From an uncultured Acetobacteraceae bacterium (GTDB lineage: Bacteria; Pseudomonadota; Alphaproteobacteria; Acetobacterales; Acetobacteraceae), in contig CALTUD010000004.1 of NCBI GenBank assembly GCA_943912335.1, forward strand, positions 74,115-138,114: DNA of 64,000 nucleotides. Direction: 5' to 3'. The notes below the pieces were generated by a model. That model saw nothing but the letters and a program-made list of their open reading frames with translations. It searched no databases and was not told the origin of the DNA. Shown here one piece after another: positions 41,790 to 50,170 of this stretch (its first letter is position 1; every line of letters begins with the position of its first letter). The position numbers and the translations under genes are program-made.

Positions 41790-44700
41790 CGAATCTTCCC
41801 CATCTCGGAACACCTGCCGAACAGATTGCCCTAACGCGCCAGCCGATCAAGGGTTGTTTTCGGCATGAGACCGTTACGCAATACAGATGCGGACGGTTTA
41901 TCGTTACGGCTCATATGCGGGATTGCGAAGGGCGGGTGGATGATGCATCCGCCGTTCACTGTAATCGGCAAATCCGGCATGACCTTGGACCTCGAAACGT
42001 GATAGAGGGACTTTCAGCAGCGAGATTATTCTGGTTCACTGTCTGGCGCGACGTGAAAATATCCAGCCTCGCGTAATCTAGTCAAGACTGTAGATACTGC
42101 TTTAGCTCCAGGATCCGTTTTGTTCAGGTCCCGCTTTGCTTTGATATAAGCCACAATCTTCATCAGAATAAGTCTTTCGCTATTCGTGTTTACCTCTTGT
42201 CTATACTGCCTCATGCTAGTGTCTAGCATAAACCTCAGAAATAAAGAGCGCTTCTCAGTCTTGCTCAAAATCGCATGGGCAACATCGCCCCAGTTTTTGG
42301 GCTTAGATCTCAAAATCATGGCAAAATTGATGTACTGCTCAAAGCCTGACAATAATAGGTTCTGAGACATATATACAAAGACTTCGGCCAGTTTCTTTGA
42401 TCCCAGGACTTCAGTTGATTGATTTACTATTGAGGTAGGTATTACCGAAGCAACAAGTCCTGCTCGGTGCTGGGCATCAAATTCTATATCTGGATCATAC
42501 CTAATGCGATTTACGAAATTCATTTCGTTCCACGTAAATCTTTTCTGCTCGGCAATCAGAGGAGAAAATATAAAACCTATTCTCACGACAATCTTGGAAG
42601 CTTCTACGATTGCTTGGATAGCATTGACCTTCAGGCTACCTTCGACGTCGACAGCGTTGTTAATTGCGGTCATTAGTACTGATCTACTAAGTGTGACACT
42701 CTTTTCCCGTTCCTTGAAGTCCATTATAATAGTTGACTGTAATTCTGTCTTGCGTTCGGCTTCAATTGACCTCTTTAATTTGTCAATCTCGGGTATTGCA
42801 TCAGGACCTTGTTCGAGACTCTCAGTAATATCTTTCCAAATGGCTGCCTCGACCTCTTCAGAGTAAGTCCATTCTAACCTATCATACGGGTTTAAATCCC
42901 TAATATTATACTGATTATAAAATTCATCGATGGCGTCATTCAAACCTTTTGTCAGATTCTTCACAAGCTCTGTATTGTCTGCCGACAGACCACTAATAAC
43001 CTCGATAAGCCCTTCAACTTGCATGTGATCGTTATTTGCAAGGAATTCTTTCAAATCCTTCGGTCGATTTGCTACATATCTGCCTAGGAGATAGCTATAG
43101 AATAGCCTATAGCGAAATATATACACTGCATTGGACTTTTGAAGAACGCGACTGGCTGCTAAATCATTTAAGAGCGCAGACCAATCAAAGTTTATCAGAG
43201 TTCTAGACATGTATTTTGAGCAGAAAACTGCCCATTCAGTTTCGGTGAAGCTGACCATATCTTTTTTGTACAATGAATTTACAAATGAACTCAAAACATC
43301 AAGTTTGTTGTCTACGTTAAAGGAATCTCTGTAAGCATCGCCCGGCCTCCGTAACAGCTCTCTGATATATTTATCTATTATCTGAAGCCTACTAAGCGGA
43401 GCAAAGTCGCCTTCTCTATGAAGAATTGACAAGTACATTATTACATTTGTTGGAGTTAAAGGAATGCAAAGTTGCAGTAGGTCATTATATACCTTTTCTA
43501 CAACCCCCGATATATAGTCTTGATCGGCTGAGCCTGACATCTGGCGAGCTAATGTTCTAATGCCAGATCTATTTATGTTGCTGAGACGAAGAGAAATATA
43601 ATCTGCCTCATATGCATCGTCGTCATCTTGCACAGAAAAACTTTCAGTTTTAGTAAGTAATATAATTCTCTTAAACCGCTTTATCCCACGAATCTCTTTG
43701 AGAAGCCTCTCGTGATTAACACCGTCAAAGCCATCTAGTATGATGACTTCTTCTTTTATAGAGTCTGTAGAATTATAGCCAAGTTCCGATAGCAAGCGCT
43801 TTTGATAATTTGGAAGACTGTTTGCCTCCCTAAATATAGTTAAATGGCCAGATGTAGATAGTTGATTGGCTAAACGGCGACCTAATGTTGTCAATCCATA
43901 TTCGTGTGGAGCATGAATGACAAAGGACTTGTCGGAGACGACGATATCGTCGACGTTTAATGCATCAGGTTCTGATTCAAAGTCAGTTTCCAGCAGGGCA
44001 TTTGATGCAATTAGTCGAGGTTCGACGTAAAGAAGCTTATTCGCATAACCAACAAAAAGGTTTTGCGCCCACGGCTGTGGCTCAGAGTATATATCAACAC
44101 TCTCTTTTTCTATATCTTTGACAATACTCTCTACTGCACTATTCTCACCGTTAGATTTACGTGCTGGCATTTTTCGCAGCAGGTCTATCAGTTCGGAATG
44201 ATCTTGGAGGTTGCCGCTTTCATCCTTTTTGATACAGTAGAAGATTGGTCGGACTTTGTACTTACGCGAGAAACTGCGTCGCATTGTCAGTGATACCGGT
44301 TCCTCATCAGATCGGCCAATGAATGCAAAATGTCGATCATCGGAAGCTAGGTCACGTAAAGTCTCTTCCAGCCCTCTAGTAAGGAAAGGATCCTTGAAGC
44401 CGAAGCCAACTACAATAAGTCTTTGTGTACGAAAGAGGCCCTGTAGGAAGTTTACATTCTCTCTTACACCATAAAATCTGTTATAATCCTTTCCGGTAAA
44501 TATCATCTCCTCCGGAGCTGATGGAACCCCATGCCAATGCAGTATTGGTGGCGCCGAAACACTCAGGCTTTGCCCCTGAGTCCATCTGGATAGCTCGAAC
44601 CTCTCAGAACTACGGTGGGACTGGGGTAAGCTACTGAAGTAACGTACGTAAGCATTTGATAGGCCAGGATCATAGTTGAGAGTTATAAAACCTTGAAATG

Positions 44701-45250
44701 GAATTGCCATCAGTGATTCGTGCGCAACTGTACAGAGATCTGGCTTATTGAAGTAACTCGACAAAAGTGTACGAAACTTGTCAGTAAGTAGTGCCTCTTC
44801 CAGGCTGTCAGCAACATCCAACGGATCGTCTGCCATTTGTTGGAGTAGTGATGCAGCATCGTTCGAGTCTATGGCTCCGCTATCTTTTGCATGACTTATA
44901 ATGTTGTGAAGAATACCACCCCAAGTTGGTATCTGGGGAGCACTAGTGCCAGCGCCGGTAAATGCTAGAGCGTTATTAGACTGAATTGCCGCACATGCAT
45001 CTTGAAAGGCCGAACAATTGCCGGGGTATATATCCTCGCGCAACAGGCGCTTCAGGGCTTCATCCATGACGCTATCCCATACAGAAGTAGCTAAATAGGT
45101 TTGCTGAATGAGCAAGGGCGGCAACTCTCGCCTCCCGGCTCCACGTGATTTGTGACAATAGCATCATAACGATTCGCCATCTACGTGGCACGCGGGAAGC
45201 GAGCGATCGCCCTGCGTCAAAGCATATACAAAAGCGTCCCCCAACCCCTA
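41790..45250. other. Compositionally foreign AT-rich segment (about 35-40% G+C by eye against 65-70% flanks) inserted between the convergent 3' ends of ssuCB and ssuD; carries one large gene. No integrase, tRNA or flanking direct repeats seen.
   Basis: Abrupt GC drop is obvious in the raw sequence from ~42.0 to 45.12 kb, with transitional flanks. Codon usage of the enclosed ORF is AT-biased, unlike all neighbours. Confidence 0.75.
42026..45124 (-). CDS. Large (1032-aa) SIR2-like (sirtuin/NADase, SIR2_2-type) domain protein with extended C-terminal region; candidate single-gene anti-phage defence protein (DSR / SIR2-STAND-like)
   Basis: N-terminal SIR2 motifs: LAFTGAGTSAPQIPTWGGIL (GAG.S..P.W), FITLNYDPGL (TTNYD-type with catalytic Asn), ILHWHGV (HG with catalytic His), LIVVGFGFKDPFL. 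Downstream: FVIHAPHEYGLTTLGRRLA, IILDGFDGV, RIILLTKTE, then about 500 aa of helical sequence. TTG start at 45122-45124 with GGGAGG SD; the first ATG is at 45067. Confidence 0.8.
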   Translation of the reverse strand: MPPLLIQQTYLATSVWDSVMDEALKRLLREDIYPGNCSAFQDACAAIQSNNALAFTGAGTSAPQIPTWGGILHNIISHAKDSGAIDSNDAASLLQQMADDPLDVADSLEEALLTDKFRTLLSSYFNKPDLCTVAHESLMAIPFQGFITLNYDPGLSNAYVRYFSSLPQSHRSSERFELSRWTQGQSLSVSAPPILHWHGVPSAPEEMIFTGKDYNRFYGVRENVNFLQGLFRTQRLIVVGFGFKDPFLTRGLEETLRDLASDDRHFAFIGRSDEEPVSLTMRRSFSRKYKVRPIFYCIKKDESGNLQDHSELIDLLRKMPARKSNGENSAVESIVKDIEKESVDIYSEPQPWAQNLFVGYANKLLYVEPRLIASNALLETDFESEPDALNVDDIVVSDKSFVIHAPHEYGLTTLGRRLANQLSTSGHLTIFREANSLPNYQKRLLSELGYNSTDSIKEEVIILDGFDGVNHERLLKEIRGIKRFKRIILLTKTESFSVQDDDDAYEADYISLRLSNINRSGIRTLARQMSGSADQDYISGVVEKVYNDLLQLCIPLTPTNVIMYLSILHREGDFAPLSRLQIIDKYIRELLRRPGDAYRDSFNVDNKLDVLSSFVNSLYKKDMVSFTETEWAVFCSKYMSRTLINFDWSALLNDLAASRVLQKSNAVYIFRYRLFYSYLLGRYVANRPKDLKEFLANNDHMQVEGLIEVISGLSADNTELVKNLTKGLNDAIDEFYNQYNIRDLNPYDRLEWTYSEEVEAAIWKDITESLEQGPDAIPEIDKLKRSIEAERKTELQSTIIMDFKEREKSVTLSRSVLMTAINNAVDVEGSLKVNAIQAIVEASKIVVRIGFIFSPLIAEQKRFTWNEMNFVNRIRYDPDIEFDAQHRAGLVASVIPTSIVNQSTEVLGSKKLAEVFVYMSQNLLLSGFEQYINFAMILRSKPKNWGDVAHAILSKTEKRSLFLRFMLDTSMRQYRQEVNTNSERLILMKIVAYIKAKRDLNKTDPGAKAVSTVLTRLREAGYFHVAPDSEPE

Positions 45251-46459
45251 CCCCCGCCCCTCATGCGTCGGCGCCCCCACGTTCGCGATCATCTCCCCGA
45301 ACGGCCCGCCATGGTGCGCCGGCCCATAGCTGTTCCCCGTGGTCGCCCGCAGAGGCAGCTTGGGGAACACCAGCTCGGCGAAGCGGTAGCATTCCTCCAG
45401 ATGCGGGTAGCCGCTCAGGATGAAGCGGTCGATGCCCAGCGCCATGTATTCCTTCATGCGCGCAGCGACCTCGTCCGGGTTGCCCACGAGAGCGGTTCCG
45501 GCGCCGCCACGCACGAGACCGACCCCGGCCCAGAGATTGGGCGACACCACCAGATTGTCGCGGCCGCCTTTGTGCAGTTCGGCCATCCGTTGCTGGCCCA
45601 CGCTGTCGAATTTCGCGAACGCGGCCTGGGCCTTGGCGATGTCGGCCTCGTCCAGATGCCGGATCAGCGAGTCCGCCGCCGCCCAGGCTTCTTCCGAGGT
45701 TTCGCGCACGATCACATGCAGGCGGATGCCGAAGCTGAGCGTGCGCCCGCGCGCGGCGGCCAGTGCCCGCACGGCGTCGATCTTCTCTTTCACCGCCGCG
45801 GGCGGCTCGCCCCAGGTCAGGTAGACATCCACATGCTCGGCCGCGACTTCCTGGCCGACGCCGGACGAGCCGCCGAAATACAAAGGCGGGTAGGGGCGCT
45901 GCGCCGGCGGAAACAGCAGCTTGCCGCCCTTCGAGCGTAGGTGCCGCCCCTCGAAATCCACGGTGTCGCCGCGCATCAGCCGGCGCCACACCTCCAGATA
46001 TTCGGCGGTGGCCTCGTAGCGCGACGCGTGGTCGAGGAACACGCCGTCTCCGGCCAACTCGGTCGGGTCGCCGCCCGTCACCACGTTCACCAGCAGGCGC
46101 CCGTTGCTCAGCCGGTCGAACGTCGCCGCCATGCGCGCGGTCATGGACGGCTCGCTCAGTCCGGGACGCACCGCGACCAGGAAGCGCACGCGCTGCGTCA
46201 GCGGGATCATCGACGACGCTACGACCCAACTGTCCTCGCAGCTTTTCCCGGTCGGCAACAGCATGCCGAAATAGCCGAGTTCATCGGCGGCGCGGGCGAT
46301 CTGGCTCAGATAGTTCAGCGTCACATGGCGCGCGCCGATCTGCGAGCCGAGATAACGCCCGTCGCCATGGGTGGGCAGGAACCAGAGCACGTCGCATTCC
46401 GTGGCGCCGCCGGAGGAGGCGAGGGGCCTGTGATCCACGGGAAGGATGGTGTCGGGCAT
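45248..46459 (-). CDS. ssuD: FMNH2-dependent alkanesulfonate monooxygenase (LLM-class flavin-dependent oxidoreductase)
   Basis: Luciferase-like monooxygenase motifs. Start at Met-31 of the ORF (46457-46459). Adjacent to ssuA/ssuCB. Confidence 0.85.
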   Translation of the reverse strand: MPDTILPVDHRPLASSGGATECDVLWFLPTHGDGRYLGSQIGARHVTLNYLSQIARAADELGYFGMLLPTGKSCEDSWVVASSMIPLTQRVRFLVAVRPGLSEPSMTARMAATFDRLSNGRLLVNVVTGGDPTELAGDGVFLDHASRYEATAEYLEVWRRLMRGDTVDFEGRHLRSKGGKLLFPPAQRPYPPLYFGGSSGVGQEVAAEHVDVYLTWGEPPAAVKEKIDAVRALAAARGRTLSFGIRLHVIVRETSEEAWAAADSLIRHLDEADIAKAQAAFAKFDSVGQQRMAELHKGGRDNLVVSPNLWAGVGLVRGGAGTALVGNPDEVAARMKEYMALGIDRFILSGYPHLEECYRFAELVFPKLPLRATTGNSYGPAHHGGPFGEMIANVGAPTHEGRG

Positions 46460-46576
46460 GAGCACGCTCCTGCGGCGGCAGACCGTAAAGAACGATCGTT
46501 CGTAGTGATTGACGCCGAGGAGACTGGACCGCAATCGTGGATAATGCAAAGCACGTGGTCTCGATGGAGTCCGCCC

Positions 46577-47515
46577 ATGCTTTCACGACGCAACCTTCTC
46601 GGCGCCGTTCCGGTTCTTCTGACCGCGGGCGCCGCGCTCGCCGCCGGTGCGCCGCGCACCATCCGGATCGGCTATCAGCGCTACGGCACGTTGATCCTGC
46701 TGAAGCACACCGGATTGCTGGAGAAGGCGCTAGCCGGCACCAACGTGTCCGTTGCCTGGAGCGAGTTCGCCGCCGGCCCACAGCTTCTTCAGGCGCTCAG
46801 TGCCGGCGCGGTGGATTTCGGTATCACCGGCGATGCGCCGCCGATCTTCGCCCAGGCCACCAGCAACCAGATCGTCTATGTCGGGCATGAGCCGGTCGCG
46901 CCGTTCGGCGAGGCGATCATCGTGCCGGAATCGAGTCCGATCCGCGATGTGGCCGGCCTCAAGGGCAAGCAGGTGGCGCTCAACCGCGCGTCGAACGTGC
47001 ATTGGCTGCTGCTCGCCGCGCTGACCAAGGCCGGGCTGACCATGGCCGACATTCAGCCGGTGTTCCTGGTGCCCGGCGCCGCGCGTCCGGCCTTCGACAG
47101 CGGCCGCATCGATGCCTGGGCGATCTGGGACCCGTATCTCTCCGCCGTTCAGGCGGCCAAACCCACACGCGTGCTCACCTGGGCCGATGGCGTGGTCGGC
47201 AACCGGCAGTTCTTCCTGGCCGAGCGCGGTTTCGCCGCGAAGAACCCGGATCTGATCCCGATCCTGCTGCAGCAGATCGCCGCGGCGGATGCATGGAGCG
47301 AGGCACATAAGGCCGAGGCAAGCCAGTATCTCGCCACCGATACCGGCCTGCCTCTGCCCGTGGTGCGCAAGGCGCTGGACCGGCTCACGTACGGCGTCCA
47401 GCCGATGACGCCGGACGTGGTGGCCGAGCAACAGCGCATCGCGGACGCGTTCCTGGCGCAGCATCTTCTGCCCGGAAAGATCGTGGTGGCGGATGCCGTG
47501 TGGAAAGCGCCTTGA
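46577..47515 (+). CDS. ssuA: Aliphatic sulfonate ABC transporter substrate-binding protein with Tat signal
   Basis: [25 protein letters not shown] twin-arginine signal; NMT1/SsuA-TauA-like SBP fold. Alternative ATG at 46544. Confidence 0.8.
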   Translation: MLSRRNLLGAVPVLLTAGAALAAGAPRTIRIGYQRYGTLILLKHTGLLEKALAGTNVSVAWSEFAAGPQLLQALSAGAVDFGITGDAPPIFAQATSNQIVYVGHEPVAPFGEAIIVPESSPIRDVAGLKGKQVALNRASNVHWLLLAALTKAGLTMADIQPVFLVPGAARPAFDSGRIDAWAIWDPYLSAVQAAKPTRVLTWADGVVGNRQFFLAERGFAAKNPDLIPILLQQIAAADAWSEAHKAEASQYLATDTGLPLPVVRKALDRLTYGVQPMTPDVVAEQQRIADAFLAQHLLPGKIVVADAVWKAP

Positions 47516-47680
47516 TGAACTGAAGCGGGAGGGTCTTCTTTTTCTGAAGAAAAAGAAGCAAAAAGGCTTCTATCCGTTTGGTTGATTGCTGATCGATTGA
47601 CTCATTACCAAACGGACAAAAGTTCTTTGGTTCTTTCTTTCAAGAAAGAACAACTCTTACTTTTTCTCCGAACCACTCCT
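47516..47680. repeat. AT-rich intergenic region with three hairpins (CTTCTTTTTC-tgaa-GAAAAAGAAG; CCGTTTGGT...ACCAAACGG; GTTCTTTC...GAAAGAAC followed by a T-run on the minus strand); probable convergent terminators
   Basis: Inverted repeats read directly. Lies between ssuA (+) and the SDR gene (-). Confidence 0.45.
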
Positions 47681-48558
47681 CAGCCCACGCCGAAATACCC
47701 CGGCTCTGCCAGATCGGTCAGCAGATCCGGCCCGGTCGGCACCCAGCCCAGGCGCGACGCGGTGTCCGCGCCGGTTGCCGCCATGTTGGTGCCGGCAAAC
47801 GCCGCCATCCAGCCAAAATGCTCCGGTGCGCATGCGTCCACCGGAACGCCCAGCGCCCGTCCGATCGCCTCCGCGATGCGGCGAAACGGCACGCCCTCCT
47901 CGGCAATCGCGTGATAGACAGGCTGCCGCACCCCGTCTTCCAGCGCCAAACGGAACAGGCGTGCCGCATCGGTGCGGTGCGTCGCCGCCCAGCGTATGTC
48001 CGTGTTCTCGACGAACGCCGAGACGCCGGTCTGCCGCGCCAGCGCCGCCAGCATCGGCACGAAGCCGTGGTCGCCGAGACCGTGCGTCGTTGGGGGCAGC
48101 CGTACCGTTCCGGCCGCCAGGCCCTTCGCCACCAGGGCCCGCGCCGCCTGCTCCGAACGCCGCGGAAAGCCGTGATCGTCCGGATGGCGATCAGCCTCCG
48201 TCGCCGGACGGTCCCGTGTCAGCATGGCGACGCCGGAGGTCACCAAAAACGGCTTCCCGGGCGAAAGCGCTTCGCCGATCGCCTCGATGGCGCGCCGATC
48301 CTGCGCGCAATTCTCGGCGAAACGGCTGAAATCATGGTTGAAGCCGAGATGCGCCACGGCGTCGGCACCGGCTGTGGCGTCGCGCAGCAACGGCAGGTCG
48401 TCGAGCGTGCCGTGCAGCACCTCCGCGCCGGTCGAGGCAAGAGCGGCGCCCTTTTCCGCTGAGCGCGACAGGCCCAGCACCTTATGGCCGTGCGACAGAA
48501 GCTCCTGGACCAGAGCGGAACCGACGAAACCCGTGGCTCCGGTGATGAAAACGCGCAT
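47680..48558 (-). CDS. NAD(P)-binding NmrA/SDR-family epimerase-like protein
   Basis: Rossmann motif MRVFITGATGFVGSALVQELLSHGHKV. 292 aa from the ATG at 48556-48558. Confidence 0.8.
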   Translation of the reverse strand: MRVFITGATGFVGSALVQELLSHGHKVLGLSRSAEKGAALASTGAEVLHGTLDDLPLLRDATAGADAVAHLGFNHDFSRFAENCAQDRRAIEAIGEALSPGKPFLVTSGVAMLTRDRPATEADRHPDDHGFPRRSEQAARALVAKGLAAGTVRLPPTTHGLGDHGFVPMLAALARQTGVSAFVENTDIRWAATHRTDAARLFRLALEDGVRQPVYHAIAEEGVPFRRIAEAIGRALGVPVDACAPEHFGWMAAFAGTNMAATGADTASRLGWVPTGPDLLTDLAEPGYFGVG

Positions 48559-48661
48559 GGGTTCGATCCGTGCTTGTTGATGCGCGGACCGTCGATCTTC
48601 CCGTCGCCTGGGAAAAGTCTGGACCTTATACTGGTATGACCCCTGCCAGGATCGGACCCGA

Positions 48662-49516
48662 ATGCCCGACGGATCAATCGGCACCACGCGCGATAACGGC
48701 CTCGGCAGCTTCCTGCGCGACCGCCGCACCCGGCTCGATCCGGCTGCTTTGGGCATCGCGACGGGCGGTCGCCGCCGGACGCTTGGCCTGCGTCGCGAGG
48801 AGGTGGCGCAGCGCGCCTGCATCAGCGTCACCTGGTATACGCTCCTGGAACAGGGGCGCGGCGGGCCGCCGTCGTCCGAGGTGCTGGGGCGGGTGGCGCG
48901 GGCCCTCGCGCTGAGCGACGCCGAGCGCGAACACCTGTTTCTGATCGGCCTCGGCCATCCACCCGAGATACGTTACCGTCCGTCCGATGGCATGACGCCG
49001 CGCCTCCAGGCGGTGCTGGACGCGTTCCCGCGCAGCCCGGCGCTACTCCGCACCGCGTGCTGGGACGTGATCGGCTGGAACCGGGCGTCTTCCGTGATCC
49101 TCACAGACTACGCGACCCTCAGGCCGGAAGAGCGCAACGTTCTGCGGCGCCTGTTCCTGCAACCGACGGTCCAGGCGCGGCAGCACGATTGGGACGCTTT
49201 GTCTCGTTTCCTGGTCGGCAGTTTCCGTGCCGATATCGTCCGCGCCGGTGCCGAAGCGGCGGCGGCGCCTCTGGTGGAGGAGCTGTGCCGAAAAAGTCCG
49301 GTCTTCGCGCGTTTATGGCAGGACCGGACGGTTCTGGCACAAGGCGAAGGCACCAAGCGTCTGCGCCATCCCGCGATCGGCGAGATCGCGCTGGATTACT
49401 GCTCCTTTGCCGTGGACGGCCGGCCCGACCTGTCCATGCTGGTCTACAATCCTGCTTCGGCGGACGACGCGTCGCGGATCAACCAACTTCTGGCTGATTC
49501 CTCAGTCCTCGGCTGA
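48662..49516 (+). CDS. XRE-family HTH regulator with MmyB-like ligand-binding domain
   Basis: N-terminal HTH (LRDRRTRLDPAALGI...LRREEVAQRACISVTWYTLLEQGR) and MmyB-like C-terminal domain. Divergent from the NmrA/SDR gene, a common pairing. Confidence 0.7.
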   Translation: MPDGSIGTTRDNGLGSFLRDRRTRLDPAALGIATGGRRRTLGLRREEVAQRACISVTWYTLLEQGRGGPPSSEVLGRVARALALSDAEREHLFLIGLGHPPEIRYRPSDGMTPRLQAVLDAFPRSPALLRTACWDVIGWNRASSVILTDYATLRPEERNVLRRLFLQPTVQARQHDWDALSRFLVGSFRADIVRAGAEAAAAPLVEELCRKSPVFARLWQDRTVLAQGEGTKRLRHPAIGEIALDYCSFAVDGRPDLSMLVYNPASADDASRINQLLADSSVLG

Positions 49517-50170
49517 AGCCCTCCAGCCGCAACGACCCAAGGCGTCCCGCATGTGCGGTGGCGGCGGCGCGGTCGCGGCGACGGGTGGATCGAGCGGCAG
49601 GGCGATCGACCGCGCCAGCAGATGCAGGCCGCTGCCGGTTTTTCCATAGATCGGGTCGCCCAGGATCGGCAGGCCGAGCTGCGCGCAATGCACACGCGCC
49701 TGATGGGTGCGCCCAGAAAGAAGCTCCAGCTCCAGCCAGCAAAGCCCAGGCGCCGTGCCCATCACCTGCCACCGTGTGCGCGCCGGCTGTCCCTTCGGGT
49801 CCACACGCATGCGCCAGCCGCTCTTGTCGCTGTGCTTGAGCAGAGGCGCGTCGATCTCGCCGGAAGATGCTTCCGGCACGCCGGACACCACCGCCCAGTA
49901 GCGTTTCCCGGCGCGGCCATCGGCGAAACAGCTCTGCGCCTCGATCAGCGCCGTCTTGCGCAGCGCCACCAGCAGGCAGCCGGCCGTGTCGGTGTCGAGC
50001 CGATGAGCCAGCCACGGGCCGTCCTTCCTGCGCGACAGCAGCGGAAACCAATCCTCGACCGACGCCCCGCCGCGCGGGCCGGGATGTACCGGCAGACCGG
50101 CCGGCTTGTTCAGCACGACGAAGCGCCTGTCCTCGAACAGGCGCGCGGGGAGGGGCGGCAGGCTCAGCCG
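49502..50170 (-). CDS. RluA-family pseudouridine synthase (start codon unresolved)
   Basis: FVVLNKPAGLPVHPG and HRLDTDTAGCLLVA catalytic-Asp motifs. No in-frame ATG upstream of the domain; the 5' end abuts or overlaps the MFS gene's 3' end. Confidence 0.65.
   Translation of the reverse strand, partial: RLSLPPLPARLFEDRRFVVLNKPAGLPVHPGPRGGASVEDWFPLLSRRKDGPWLAHRLDTDTAGCLLVALRKTALIEAQSCFADGRAGKRYWAVVSGVPEASSGEIDAPLLKHSDKSGWRMRVDPKGQPARTRWQVMGTAPGLCWLELELLSGRTHQARVHCAQLGLPILGDPIYGKTGSGLHLLARSIALPLDPPVAATAPPPPHMRDALGRCGWRASAED

Noticed and set aside
42467-44474. Short plus-strand ORFs inside the AT-rich island
   Set aside because: Antisense to the 1032-aa gene; short, with no signals.
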